64,000 nt of DNA from Ignisphaera sp. (GTDB taxonomy: Archaea > Thermoproteota > Thermoprotei_A > Sulfolobales > Ignisphaeraceae), in NCBI GenBank assembly GCA_038889075.1, contig JAWAHS010000001.1, positions 64,001-128,000 on the forward strand, given 5' to 3'. This document shows positions 1 through 10,272 of this stretch, one piece after another. Each line of letters opens with the position of its first letter. Positions within the stretch are counted from its first letter, which is position 1. The translations under genes and the position numbers were made by a program. The notes under the pieces were generated by a model. It was not told the origin of the DNA and ran no database searches. It saw nothing but the letters and a program-made list of their open reading frames with translations.

Positions 1-10
1 GTGACCTATT

Positions 11-367
11 TTGACTGAAAAATCTGACAGTAGAACTACCATTGTCCGCAAAATTGACGATATTACTATTGGACCAAAAAGATTAACAAAGTATGAAAGG
101 GCCAGGATCATTGCAGCAAGAGCCATGCAGTTGGCCATGGGTGCTCCTCCTCTTATAGATGTATCGAAGCTAAAATCTAGGGATCCTATAATTATTGCAG
201 AGCAAGAGCTCTTAGCAGGAATATTACCCATATTAATAAAACGTGAAAAACCCAATGGAGAGTACCAACTTATACCATTAAAAATCTTGACAGAAATCGA
301 ACAAAAGAAGGTAAAGAAGATTGAAACACTTTCAATGAAAATCTTTGGAGAGGAAATATGGCAATGA
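11..367 (+). CDS. rpo6: DNA-directed RNA polymerase subunit Rpo6 (K/omega)
   Basis: LTKYERARIIAARAMQLAMGAP signature of the RpoK/RPB6 family; TTG start. Confidence 0.95.
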   Translation: MTEKSDSRTTIVRKIDDITIGPKRLTKYERARIIAARAMQLAMGAPPLIDVSKLKSRDPIIIAEQELLAGILPILIKREKPNGEYQLIPLKILTEIEQKKVKKIETLSMKIFGEEIWQ

Positions 368-443
368 TTCATATTTTGTACTATTTGATATGATAAATTA
401 TTTTAAACAGACCTACGATTTTAAGTAGTCTCCATGGATTAAG

Positions 444-2480
444 ATGCACGGTCTTCCATACAGTTATACACTAGTTATAGCTGAAAAGCCTAAGGCAGCG
501 GAAAAAATAGCGAAAGCTCTCGGAAGAGCTAGTAAGAGAAGAATATTAGGCATACCTATATGGATCGTGAATCAAGCAGGAAAGAACTACATTATAGCCT
601 CAGCCGCTGGTCATCTCTACTCATTGCACACAGATGAGAAAGGGTATCCTGTTTTTAATTACAAATGGGTACCCAGGTATCGTGTAGATAAGAATGGTAA
701 ACATACATACAGATTTCTTAAGGTACTCAGTATCTTATTTAGAAACGCTAGTGAATACATAAATGCATGTGATTATGATATAGAGGGTTCTTTAATAGGG
801 TATCTAATAATTAAGCACTTAGGCGATGTTAGAAAAGCGAAGAGGGTCAAATTCTCTAGCTTGACTACACATGAAATTTTGAAAGCATTTGCCAGTCTTC
901 TACCTATGGATTCTGAAATGATTGAGGCAGGATATTGTAGACATGTTCTCGACTGGATATGGGGTATAAACGTATCCAGAATGTTAATGGATCTATATTT
1001 CAAGGCATTCAAAGTAAAAAGAATACTAAGTGCAGGACGGGTTCAAACACCTACATTAGCTTATGCTACTGATATAATTCTTCAGAGAAAACTTCATGTA
1101 CCAATACCACTGATATACCCAATTATATGGATTGATATAAATGGAACGGAGTACAAGGTCAACTTAATTGATGAACCATTTAAATCATTAGAGGAAGCTA
1201 AGCACTATATGGAAGGTGTTAAGAAGGATCCATTTGCAAGAGTAATAGATATAAAGATGAGAACTGAGGAACTTCAACCACCACATCCATTTAATCTACC
1301 AGATCTCCAAGTCGAAGCATACAAAGTATATGGCTTTACACCATATAGGACACAGAAATTAGCAGAGGATTTATATCTAGAGGCATTAATTAGCTATCCT
1401 AGGACAAATAGTCAGAAGCTACCAGCATCATTAGATAATAAAGAGATACTTAAAAAACTTGCGGAAAATACTACGTATAGAGACTATATCGAAGACCTAT
1501 TTAGAGAGACAAAAGGTGTGTTAAAACCAAATAATGGAGTAAAGGATGATCCAGCTCATCCAGCTATATATCCAACAGGTGAAAGGACCAGTAGTGTGGG
1601 GCTTAGTAGAGATCATATAAAACTATATGATTTAATAGTTAGGAGATACCTGGCCACATTTTCATTGCCTGCAAAAATACAGAGTACGGAGCTGGTATTT
1701 AAGATTGGTAGCCTTAGATATTCACTAAATGGTGTAAGGATAATTCATTATGGCTGGCTTAAATACTATCCATATCACGTATCAGAAAGGATAATTCCAT
1801 ATGAGGGATTGGAGAGGGGAGCAACTTTACCTATTAAGAGATACAAGCTTACGACTAAATATACCCGTATAGCAAGAACTGTGAACAGATATTCTCTCTT
1901 TAAATGGATGGAAGGTGTTGGAATAGGTACAGAGTCAACACGTGCTGAAATTGTAGAACTGTTGTATAGAAGAGGATACTTGATTTACAAATCGAAGAAT
2001 ACAGAGGTATCCGATATAGGTGTGATGATTGTTAGCATACTAAGAAAATATGTGCAAGAACTTATTAGTGTAGATCTTACTAGAAGATTCGAACATTACT
2101 TGGAATTAATAAGGATTGGAAAAGTTAGGTGTGAGGATATAGTTGATGAAGCTAAGCAATTGTTATTAAACCATTTGACAAATATTAAAACTTTTGAAAA
2201 AGATTTGATAAGCGAAATATATAATTACATTCCATACAGTTATAGAGAGCGGGAGAGGGAACCTCTATATAAGAAATGTATAATATGCGGCCGTAGAGCA
2301 GTATATCATGAATTCTGCCTGCTTCATTATACAGCTTTTGAAAGACTCAAAAGCTCCTATGAATATTGGAGGGGATTAGGCTACGACTGGAAGAGCTATA
2401 TAGAGAAGCTCCTAAAATTACACAACACTGGAATATATATAAAGGAGCTGTGCAATTACCTATTAACAGGGAATAAATAG
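444..2480 (+). CDS. topA: Type IA DNA topoisomerase (archaeal TopA/TopIII)
   Basis: TOPRIM IAEKP and ACDYDIEG, SAGRVQTPTL, catalytic ISYPRT, GTESTRAEI; C-terminal CxxC..CxxH. Confidence 0.96.
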   Translation: MHGLPYSYTLVIAEKPKAAEKIAKALGRASKRRILGIPIWIVNQAGKNYIIASAAGHLYSLHTDEKGYPVFNYKWVPRYRVDKNGKHTYRFLKVLSILFRNASEYINACDYDIEGSLIGYLIIKHLGDVRKAKRVKFSSLTTHEILKAFASLLPMDSEMIEAGYCRHVLDWIWGINVSRMLMDLYFKAFKVKRILSAGRVQTPTLAYATDIILQRKLHVPIPLIYPIIWIDINGTEYKVNLIDEPFKSLEEAKHYMEGVKKDPFARVIDIKMRTEELQPPHPFNLPDLQVEAYKVYGFTPYRTQKLAEDLYLEALISYPRTNSQKLPASLDNKEILKKLAENTTYRDYIEDLFRETKGVLKPNNGVKDDPAHPAIYPTGERTSSVGLSRDHIKLYDLIVRRYLATFSLPAKIQSTELVFKIGSLRYSLNGVRIIHYGWLKYYPYHVSERIIPYEGLERGATLPIKRYKLTTKYTRIARTVNRYSLFKWMEGVGIGTESTRAEIVELLYRRGYLIYKSKNTEVSDIGVMIVSILRKYVQELISVDLTRRFEHYLELIRIGKVRCEDIVDEAKQLLLNHLTNIKTFEKDLISEIYNYIPYSYREREREPLYKKCIICGRRAVYHEFCLLHYTAFERLKSSYEYWRGLGYDWKSYIEKLLKLHNTGIYIKELCNYLLTGNK

Positions 2481-2500
2481 AAATCAGGGCATCTTCATAA

Positions 2501-3028
2501 TTAGTTGTGAATTAATAATCCTGTTACCTTAAATATAGTTCCGCCAATATTTAGTATTTTACCTACTATTCTGGTATCATCTATACCTCTGTTGACGCCC
2601 TCTAACAATCTAACTACGTATTCCATATATTTATTGGACGTACTATTGATTGTAATACGTTTTGCATCCGGACATTCAATACTCCTTCTATAGACTATGC
2701 TAAGACTATCTATAAATGGATTATTATCACCTTTAGTTACGTATAGGGTTTTATTACCACATTGTAACTTTGCAATAACTCTATGTATTACAAATTCTTC
2801 TCTATCATTCCTATATACAATTACATCGCCAAGATCTATCATATGCGAAGGAATTACGACTACTAAATCACCATCGTGTAGAAGAGGGTACATGCTGCTA
2901 CCTCTTACAATAGCTAATGTTATCTGGCCAAAAAGGTAGTATGCAATGTTTGCATATAGCAAAAATGCTATAATGAGTATTAGAATAGAATTAGATAGTA
3001 TTTTTATAAACTTCCTTAAACCGTGCAA
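2501..3028 (-). CDS. Signal peptidase I (S26, Sec11-like)
   Basis: N-terminal TM helix, GSSMYPLL (catalytic Ser), GDVIVY, VIHRV, TKGDNN. Confidence 0.9.
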   Translation of the reverse strand: MHGLRKFIKILSNSILILIIAFLLYANIAYYLFGQITLAIVRGSSMYPLLHDGDLVVVIPSHMIDLGDVIVYRNDREEFVIHRVIAKLQCGNKTLYVTKGDNNPFIDSLSIVYRRSIECPDAKRITINSTSNKYMEYVVRLLEGVNRGIDDTRIVGKILNIGGTIFKVTGLLIHN

Positions 3029-3029
3029 A

Positions 3030-3353
3030 TCATTCTTCCTCTAAAATTTCCTTGAGATCTAATTCTATAACAGCGGGTTTACGAGTTTCCTTCTCTTCAC
3101 TAGATAACTTTAGTCCCTTACCTTTCGAACTTTCGATCTCAATGCTATCACCACCCACCTTCATTTTAGATATAACAGCTCGCCACTTATAGTTGCAAGA
3201 GGGGCATTCGTAAGCTCCCATTACTGTAATTGTTATTCTGCCGCTGCTGTCAGGCATTGGTGCAACTAGCTGCCATGTTCTCTTCGGCGAGGATACTATG
3301 GTACTGCATCTTGGACATATATTAGGATTTTGTTGACGAGTCTTTCTAGGCAT
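3030..3353 (-). CDS. Cren7-related chromatin protein with zinc-ribbon cysteines and an acidic C-terminal extension
   Basis: P-KRTWQLVAP...ITVMGAYECPSCNYKWR resembles the Cren7 pattern (PxKxWxLxP...IGLFxxP..GxxFR); two CPxC motifs. Confidence 0.6.
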   Translation of the reverse strand: MPRKTRQQNPNICPRCSTIVSSPKRTWQLVAPMPDSSGRITITVMGAYECPSCNYKWRAVISKMKVGGDSIEIESSKGKGLKLSSEEKETRKPAVIELDLKEILEEE

Positions 3354-3472
3354 GGTTTTGCACTGATATATTCAGTATAATTGAGGATATATAAGTTTAA
3401 TCTATTCCAATGAATATGATCAAAAACCTTTTTAACCATGAGTTCGCAACCTCTATAGTCTTAGGGATCTAC

Positions 3473-4765
3473 ATGTCCAATGCATATATAATTAAATATG
3501 TAGATTCTCTGCAAGTGATTGACTCTAGGGGAGATCCTACTGTAGAGGTTATTGTAGAGACAGTTGGAGGTGGAATAGGGAGAGCAATTGCGCCTGCAGG
3601 TGCGTCCAGGGGTAAGTATGAGGCTATAGAGCTTAGAGATGGCGATCTATCTAGGTACAAGGGTAGAGGGGTAGAGAAAGCAGTAAACAATGTAATAAAT
3701 TTCATAGCTCCAGTTATTCAAGGTCTTGACTCAAGAAAACAGAGAGAGATAGATAAGGTAATCATTCAAGTAGATGGCACACAAAATAAGGGGAGGCTGG
3801 GAGCTAACGCCATTATAGCAACGAGCCTTGCTGTAGCTAAGGCAGCAGCTGATACATCTAAAACGCCTCTATTTCAGTATTTAGGTGGATTAAGAGCACG
3901 AGTACTTCCTGTACCGATGTTGAATATAATTAATGGTGGTGCACATGCTGGTAATAAATTAGCTGTACAGGAGTTCATGATCGTACCTATAAATTTTGAT
4001 AGATTTTCTGAGGCTTTAAGAGCCGCTATAGAAGTTTACAAGGAGTTGAAAAATGTTTTGAAAGAAACATACGGTGCCCAAGCTATAAATGTGGGTGATG
4101 AAGGAGGATTTGCACCACCAATGAGATTTGTAAGGGAGGCTATAGAAGCATTATTAATAGCTATCAAGAAATGCGGATACGATTATGAGCATCAAATTAG
4201 AATCTCATTAGATGCTGCAGCTTCTCAATTCTACGATGAAAGTAAAAATATGTATAGAATTGATGATAGAGATTTGAAACCTGAAGAGCTATTAGAATAC
4301 TGGAAGGCTCTTACATCAGAATTTCCAATACTAAGTATTGAGGATCCGTTTCAAGAGGGTGATTTTGAGAGTTATGCAGCACTCAGAAAGGAAGTTAAAG
4401 ATAAAATAATAGTTATTGGTGACGATCTAACTGTAACAAATACTGAAATGCTTAGAAAAGCATTAAACATGAAGGCAGTGACAGGGGTCATTGTAAAGCC
4501 TAATCAAGTTGGTACACTCACTGAGGCACTAGACTTTATAGAGTTGGCAAGGTCAAACGGAATCGCAACCATAATTAGTCATAGGAGCGGTGAAAGCGAG
4601 GATAATTCAATAGCTCATATTGCTGTTGCAGTAAATGGTCCATTTATAAAAACAGGAGCACCTGCCAGAGGTGAACGTACTGCCAAATATAATGAATTAC
4701 TTAGAATAGAAAAATATCTGTCATCGGAGTCTGTATATGCAGGGAAAGTATATAGTTTTTCGTAG
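3473..4765 (+). CDS. eno: Enolase
   Basis: IDSRGDPTVEV, GASRGKYEA, NGGAHAGN, VGDEGG, SHRSGESED, ERTAKYNELLRIE; start moved to ATG 3473. Confidence 0.97.
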   Translation: MSNAYIIKYVDSLQVIDSRGDPTVEVIVETVGGGIGRAIAPAGASRGKYEAIELRDGDLSRYKGRGVEKAVNNVINFIAPVIQGLDSRKQREIDKVIIQVDGTQNKGRLGANAIIATSLAVAKAAADTSKTPLFQYLGGLRARVLPVPMLNIINGGAHAGNKLAVQEFMIVPINFDRFSEALRAAIEVYKELKNVLKETYGAQAINVGDEGGFAPPMRFVREAIEALLIAIKKCGYDYEHQIRISLDAAASQFYDESKNMYRIDDRDLKPEELLEYWKALTSEFPILSIEDPFQEGDFESYAALRKEVKDKIIVIGDDLTVTNTEMLRKALNMKAVTGVIVKPNQVGTLTEALDFIELARSNGIATIISHRSGESEDNSIAHIAVAVNGPFIKTGAPARGERTAKYNELLRIEKYLSSESVYAGKVYSFS

Positions 4766-4808
4766 AACTAGATAGAAATGAAACTCAATACCTAAACGAT
4801 TTGTATGG

Positions 4809-4864
4809 TCAGCCACGGGTTCACACATCATGATGCAAACTCAGTAGCGCCTCAGCATCATCAC
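4809..4864 (-). ncRNA. C/D-box guide sRNA
   Basis: Minus strand reads GTGATGA (C)-tgctgaggcgcta-CTGA (D')-gtttgcatc-ATGATGT (C')-gtgaacccgtgg-CTGA (D); 12-13 nt guides; intergenic. Confidence 0.85.
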
Positions 4865-4935
4865 ACAGTTTAAACCAATTAGTATAAAGCCTAAAAATTC
4901 TTATAATTGGACAGTATATTAGGTAGGAAAATAAT

Positions 4936-6093
4936 ATGGTTACAAATCTTCCTGCAGAGGCAAAAGCAAAGTTTTCCAAATATATGGAAGCAAAAACTCC
5001 TGAAGAAAAACTTAGAGCGCTACAGGAGTTCCTTGCAGCAGTACCTAAACATAAAGGTACGGAGAATCTTGTAAGATGGATCAGAAAAAGAATGTCAGAA
5101 CTTAGGGAGGAAATAAAGGAAAGAGAAAGAAAGAAATCAGGTGGAGGAATATCAATATTTATTGAGAAGGAAGGGGCCGCCCAAATAATTATTATGGGAT
5201 TTACAAAGGTCGGTAAAAGTGCACTTCTAAAGATGCTTACAGGTGCCAATGTTACGGTCTCTGATATACCCTATACAACAAAAACTCCTGTTGTTGGTAT
5301 GCTGAATCATGAAGATGTACAATTTCAACTGATCGAAGTTCCTTCAATAATACCTGCGGGAGGCACATGGAATACCAGAAGTCTCAGCTTAGCAAGAAAT
5401 AGTGATGGATTAGCCATAGTTTTAGATGCATCCAGAGATTTCATTAATGATTTTAAAGAGATAAACAATTTCCTCAGCGAACATGGCATCTACACTGTTA
5501 AGCCCCGTGGATATATAGAGATCGAGCGTAGGCACGATGGAGGAATAAGGATTGTAAATTACGGAAGATTACAGTGTCCAGAATCCGAGGTTATTAAATT
5601 GATGAACAGTTACAGAATATATAATGCTGTTATAAAGATATATGGTGAAGCTGGTTTAGATGAGATTGAAAAAGCCATCTATGAAAACATATTGTATAAA
5701 CCAACAATAGTTATTCTAAACAAAATAGATCTCTTACAATCTCAAGTTATTCTAGATAAATTTAGAGAGCTACTACCTCCTGAGATACCATTAGTAAAAA
5801 CATCTGCCTTAAAAGGTATTGGATTTGACGATGTGGGTCGAACAATATTTCAAACTCTTAAGATAATAAGAATATACACAAAACCTCCTACGGGCAAACC
5901 GTCAATGAAGCCGCTTATATTAAGGAAAGGAGCTACAGTACTCGATGTAGCTAAAGCAATACATAAAGAATTCGTAGAAAAATTTAGCTACGCAAGAATA
6001 TGGGGGCCGTCAGCAAAATATCCAGGTCAGAAAGTTGGTTTAGACCATGTAGTAGAAGACAAGGATATTGTTGAAATAAATATTAGAAAATGA
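4936..6093 (+). CDS. DRG/OBG-family GTPase with TGS domain
   Basis: PKHKGTE, G1 GFTKVGKS, PYTT, NKID, C-terminal TGS (IRIYTK..GATVLDVA..GQKVGLDH). Confidence 0.92.
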   Translation: MVTNLPAEAKAKFSKYMEAKTPEEKLRALQEFLAAVPKHKGTENLVRWIRKRMSELREEIKERERKKSGGGISIFIEKEGAAQIIIMGFTKVGKSALLKMLTGANVTVSDIPYTTKTPVVGMLNHEDVQFQLIEVPSIIPAGGTWNTRSLSLARNSDGLAIVLDASRDFINDFKEINNFLSEHGIYTVKPRGYIEIERRHDGGIRIVNYGRLQCPESEVIKLMNSYRIYNAVIKIYGEAGLDEIEKAIYENILYKPTIVILNKIDLLQSQVILDKFRELLPPEIPLVKTSALKGIGFDDVGRTIFQTLKIIRIYTKPPTGKPSMKPLILRKGATVLDVAKAIHKEFVEKFSYARIWGPSAKYPGQKVGLDHVVEDKDIVEINIRK

Positions 6094-6169
6094 ATATCAG
6101 CTATACTCCAGCAAGCAATTCATTATAGCTTATATTCTACGCTTCCCATAATATGGCTGGTGACTAATA

Positions 6170-6484
6170 GTGTCAATCATAAAGAAAATAATCCTTGTAA
6201 CAGCTAAACACCTACCCCAGCACAAATATTTTGAAAAATTAGCCAATGAACTTGCCAATGAATTGAATGTTGAGCTCAGCATAGTGGAGGAGGATTATGT
6301 ATTTGTCAATACATATGGTGAAAAGGATGAACTCGGCTTGGCATGGCTTCCACAGCTATTTGTCGTAATTGATAGTATGATAAAACCGGTACTCACTAGA
6401 TTACCAATAAATGAAAGAACCCTAGAATTTGATATGGAGAAGGCTAAACAGATGATTAAAGAAGTTCTAGGTCTAACGTCCTAG
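6170..6484 (+). CDS. Conserved hypothetical protein, thioredoxin-like fold without CxxC
   Basis: 104-aa ORF with GTG start behind GGTGA; beta-alpha-beta pattern and a LPQLFV cis-Pro-like motif. Confidence 0.55.
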   Translation: MSIIKKIILVTAKHLPQHKYFEKLANELANELNVELSIVEEDYVFVNTYGEKDELGLAWLPQLFVVIDSMIKPVLTRLPINERTLEFDMEKAKQMIKEVLGLTS

Positions 6485-6510
6485 ACAATCAAATAAGCAA
6501 TTTTCAATTA

Positions 6511-6930
6511 CTATTCTTCAGTTTCTTCTTCTGCCTCCTCTTGTGATGTAACATTCTTGGCTAATTCTACAATTTTCTCTGCAACATAATCATCAATGTA
6601 CGGACTTACAATGAATACCTTTGAATCTACAATATTATCGTCAATCCATTGATTTTCAAAACTTATTAGGTACACAGGTATTTCAAAGGATGCAGAGTCA
6701 CCTTTACGTTTAAGATTGAATTGTGAGTACATCTCGTACTGTTCTCTTGTGATTGGTAGCCTGATGGTTATTTCCTGTTTATGCCTAACAATTATCAAAT
6801 CGGATTTTACGGGATCCCATACCTCAAGCGTCTTCAGTATTACATTCTTTAGAACATTATTTATTTCACCTTCCATTATCTGCTTATCTTTTATTTCACC
6901 TTCCTCGGCTCTTATTATGAGCAGCTTCAT
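6511..6930 (-). CDS. DUF2286-like crenarchaeal hypothetical protein
   Basis: WDPVKSDLII and FEIPVYLISFENQW pattern recalled from DUF2286; acidic tail. Confidence 0.6.
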   Translation of the reverse strand: MKLLIIRAEEGEIKDKQIMEGEINNVLKNVILKTLEVWDPVKSDLIIVRHKQEITIRLPITREQYEMYSQFNLKRKGDSASFEIPVYLISFENQWIDDNIVDSKVFIVSPYIDDYVAEKIVELAKNVTSQEEAEEETEE

Positions 6931-7015
6931 GGTATAGGCACCCAAGCTCCTTCAGTTAGGCTTTAACTAAAAACTACTTTATATATTTTTATATGAAGTA
7001 TGTGAACGCAGTATT

Positions 7016-7261
7016 CTATGGTATTAGAATTGAAAGTGTTATGAACACAGCTCCCAATGCAAGTAGCACTATGCCTAGGTACTTGACCTTCATTCCAAGG
7101 AATGCTTTAGTAAGCCTTACGAAGCCTACTGAAATATAATAGAGCAATACTATGGTAACTAATATTATTCCTATCCAGGCAAAGATTTTAGCAATATTGC
7201 TACTACTTCCATATAGTACTGCAAAATGGTTTAGCACACTATTTAGTTCTTCTAGACCCAT
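7016..7261 (-). CDS. Small membrane protein (2 TM helices)
   Basis: 81-aa ORF with two hydrophobic segments. Confidence 0.65.
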   Translation of the reverse strand: MGLEELNSVLNHFAVLYGSSSNIAKIFAWIGIILVTIVLLYYISVGFVRLTKAFLGMKVKYLGIVLLALGAVFITLSILIP

Positions 7262-7385
7262 TTATCTCAACCGAGATTTTTATTAATCTAGGAAATAAAA
7301 TATTAAAGTAGTGAGTCCTATAACTATATTTATATATACTATACGAATGCTATAGATGGCATATCGCAGGATCTCTTTATAGAGG

Positions 7386-7437
7386 ATGATGTAGGTTAAA
7401 AGCGCTGAGAAATGTAGTGATGAGGAACCTCATCTGA
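7386..7437 (+). ncRNA. C/D-box guide sRNA (D' guide complementary to the tRNA-Lys(UUU) anticodon loop)
   Basis: ATGATGT (7386)-aggttaaaagcg-CTGA (7405)-gaaatgta-GTGATGA (7417)-ggaacctcat-CTGA (7434); TTTATA about 12 nt upstream; abuts the polB1 stop codon. Confidence 0.85.
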
Positions 7438-10272
7438 TTATCTACTGACCAATCTCCCTCCACCAGTAACGTCTTCCCATGATATATTTAATGCGGTGAA
7501 GAGCTGCTCTAATGTTGAAACCATTGCCTCTAGATATTTTTGTGTATCTATCTCAGATATTTTAGCCAATTGGATAGGTTTCACACCATCTTTACTTTTC
7601 ACCTTTACAAATGTTATTACATCACCAGGTGAGATGTTCACGTTATATCTTTGTAACATCAAGGCTGCCTTAACATGTTGAGGTGTAGTTTTCTTGTATT
7701 CGGAGAGAGGTTTTGAAAGACCCATGTGAAAGGCTACTTCATCAAGTGTTAGTAATTTATACTTAAGCAAAAGATAGTATTTTTCAAGGTCATCCTTAAC
7801 ACTATTGATTATCTTAAATGCATCCTCAGGTTCTTCTATGGAGGTCATCTTCTTCAAGATTTCTACAAATAGATTCTTTATAAAGTCAGGGGTATTCCTT
7901 TTTTTACCCATCATACCCTTTATATCCACCTCATTATTTGGTGTGACACCAACGTAGTTTTTCTTTAACGCAAAGGCTACGAATTTGTATCTTTTATCCA
8001 TTTCAAGTTCGAGACCGAAGGTCTCTTCGACCCACTTTTTAAGTTCTTCCAATTTTGATTGTTCGGGATTCCATATGAATAGGGAATCGGTATCACCATA
8101 CAGAACTCTGAGGCCTAGTTCCTCAGCCTTTCTAATTGTGGATGTGATAATTCTCCTACCGAGTGCTGTAACACTTTCTGCAACAGATGGTGCATAAAGT
8201 GGGAAAGTATCTGCACCAAATACACCATAAGCAGCATTAATGAAGACTTTCATAGCCCTTTGAACGGTATCGTACCAACTTCGTAATATCTCACTAATGT
8301 TCTTATCCTTTGATTTCTTCTTGTATATTTTTACTCTAAAATCTCTAAGCATACCAACAATCTCAGCTGTGAGACCTGGTTTGTCTAAACACACTTTATG
8401 CAGTACATTATTTGCTTCATCGATAATGTCGTTTACCTTGTTGCAGAGCGTTTCATCAGGATCTATAGTTTCGTAACTCAAGTTCCATTGTTTCATTATG
8501 GATGGGTATAGCGAGGCAAAGTCTAGTACTATAACATTAAAGAATAGACCTTGTGGAGGCTCTATAACTATTGCTCCAGCGTATTTCTTACCTTTAATTA
8601 TAGCCTCCGTGACCTTTTTACCTTTTAAACTCTGGATATCCTCCTGTCGTGGTATTAAATATCCTCTACGTCTGTGTTCCCAATAGAATAGATTCTTAAT
8701 CCATACCGAGACAGTAGATCTGCATACATCTTCTAATCCGAGCTTACTTATACGCATAAGCAATAGCATTAATTTCCATACGAGTTCTTCTGAAAATGTA
8801 GTAAGCTGTAAGGTTACTTCTGCATCTCTAAAGTTATAGTGTGCAAGCATTGCTAGATCTATTTTTCCGAGTTCGTCATCTAGCTGTACCTTACCTATTC
8901 CTAAAAGGGCTTGCGCTATACTGTCTAGGTTTGCTTCCTTGTATCGTCCTTCAAAGGCATATATCTGTATAGCTTTATTGCTAAAGAATTTATAAAGGTC
9001 AACATGTAGTGCTCTAGAGAACTTGGCTTCGAATTCTATTTTACCTCCTTTCAATACCTTCTTTACTTTTATACCAATCAACTCTTTTGGTATACCTAAT
9101 TTAAACATCCTAACATATAGGTAACGAATATCAAAATTATCGCCGTTAAAGCTCACTATTATAGGATATTGCAATATAATAGAAAGAAAATCTATCATCA
9201 TACCGTATTCATTATCATATATTTCGATATCAGCATCGCACACCACGTCTTTCAATATTTTTAGATTTTCTCTAAATAAAACGAAAACCTTTTTTATATT
9301 ATCATTAGAAGCCAGAGCTATGGATATGATAGGATATTCGGCTATATCTGGGGAAGGGACTCTTCCTTCAAATGGTGTATACACCTCTATATCTACAGCG
9401 ATTCTTTTTGGTGTAAACCATTTCGATTCAAAAAGTTTTGCAAAGTGTATAGCTATATCGGAGGATTCCGGAGGGAGAGCTAGCATTTTAACTATACTCT
9501 CCCTAAGACTTTCTATATCAACATCGTATATCTCTATAATCCTATCCCCATATATGGTATATGGAAGACCGGGAATCAGCTGCCTATCATAAATGTAATT
9601 TATATGGTATCTTATGTTAGCTTCCCAAGCAATAGGCACCTTTGTTCTTAAGGTTCTAACGGCAACGGGATCTTTTGTTACAATTTTTGTAAGAAGACGC
9701 TTTGTGCTATTTAGAGGATCGAATTTTTCTACAATTTCTACAGATTCAAATGAACTATGTCTAGTAATTTCACCTATCTTATTTACCTTATCGGGGGGGA
9801 TGTCCGTTAGGAAATACGGTTTGTGTCCAGTTTTATCATACCAGTAAACTAGCTCGTGAGTATTGGAATTGTAAAATATTAGAACAGCTTTTTTAAGTTC
9901 ACCATCATATTCGATTTGCATCAAGTATGCGTTATCCACTTTATCTATAATATTAGGACTCGTGTTAAACTTGATAGTGCGTGGATTTTCTATATTGAGG
10001 TTCTCTGGAACTTCTACTCGTATTCCAGAAACCTCATAGAGTTTACCGATTTTAGAACCGGATTCTGGCGGCGTTTCAACATATTGATCAGCTATTCTAA
10101 TAGAAGGACTAGAGGACTCAGCTAAAGATTTTTTTAATGAATCTACTTTAGCAGCATCGGATGGCGTTTGAGTTTCAGAGCTAGAAATATGGGGTATGGA
10201 CACTTCTTGCTTAGAATATCCATTTTTCTTCTTACTTTTTGTGAATTCTAACAATGATTTATTCTTTGACAT
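7438..10272 (-). CDS. polB1: Family B DNA polymerase, crenarchaeal PolB1
   Basis: ExoI AVDIEV, ExoII FNGDNFD, DFASLYPS, KVFINAAYG, YGDTDS; N-terminal WYDKTGHKPYFLTD typical of PolB1. Confidence 0.95.
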   Translation of the reverse strand: MSKNKSLLEFTKSKKKNGYSKQEVSIPHISSSETQTPSDAAKVDSLKKSLAESSSPSIRIADQYVETPPESGSKIGKLYEVSGIRVEVPENLNIENPRTIKFNTSPNIIDKVDNAYLMQIEYDGELKKAVLIFYNSNTHELVYWYDKTGHKPYFLTDIPPDKVNKIGEITRHSSFESVEIVEKFDPLNSTKRLLTKIVTKDPVAVRTLRTKVPIAWEANIRYHINYIYDRQLIPGLPYTIYGDRIIEIYDVDIESLRESIVKMLALPPESSDIAIHFAKLFESKWFTPKRIAVDIEVYTPFEGRVPSPDIAEYPIISIALASNDNIKKVFVLFRENLKILKDVVCDADIEIYDNEYGMMIDFLSIILQYPIIVSFNGDNFDIRYLYVRMFKLGIPKELIGIKVKKVLKGGKIEFEAKFSRALHVDLYKFFSNKAIQIYAFEGRYKEANLDSIAQALLGIGKVQLDDELGKIDLAMLAHYNFRDAEVTLQLTTFSEELVWKLMLLLMRISKLGLEDVCRSTVSVWIKNLFYWEHRRRGYLIPRQEDIQSLKGKKVTEAIIKGKKYAGAIVIEPPQGLFFNVIVLDFASLYPSIMKQWNLSYETIDPDETLCNKVNDIIDEANNVLHKVCLDKPGLTAEIVGMLRDFRVKIYKKKSKDKNISEILRSWYDTVQRAMKVFINAAYGVFGADTFPLYAPSVAESVTALGRRIITSTIRKAEELGLRVLYGDTDSLFIWNPEQSKLEELKKWVEETFGLELEMDKRYKFVAFALKKNYVGVTPNNEVDIKGMMGKKRNTPDFIKNLFVEILKKMTSIEEPEDAFKIINSVKDDLEKYYLLLKYKLLTLDEVAFHMGLSKPLSEYKKTTPQHVKAALMLQRYNVNISPGDVITFVKVKSKDGVKPIQLAKISEIDTQKYLEAMVSTLEQLFTALNISWEDVTGGGRLVSR

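Noticed and set aside
4821-5249. Long antisense ORFs here and at 12957-13496, 15363-15761, 22660-23100 and 60965-61501
   Set aside because: They lie opposite well-supported genes and show antisense-type S/I/F/T composition
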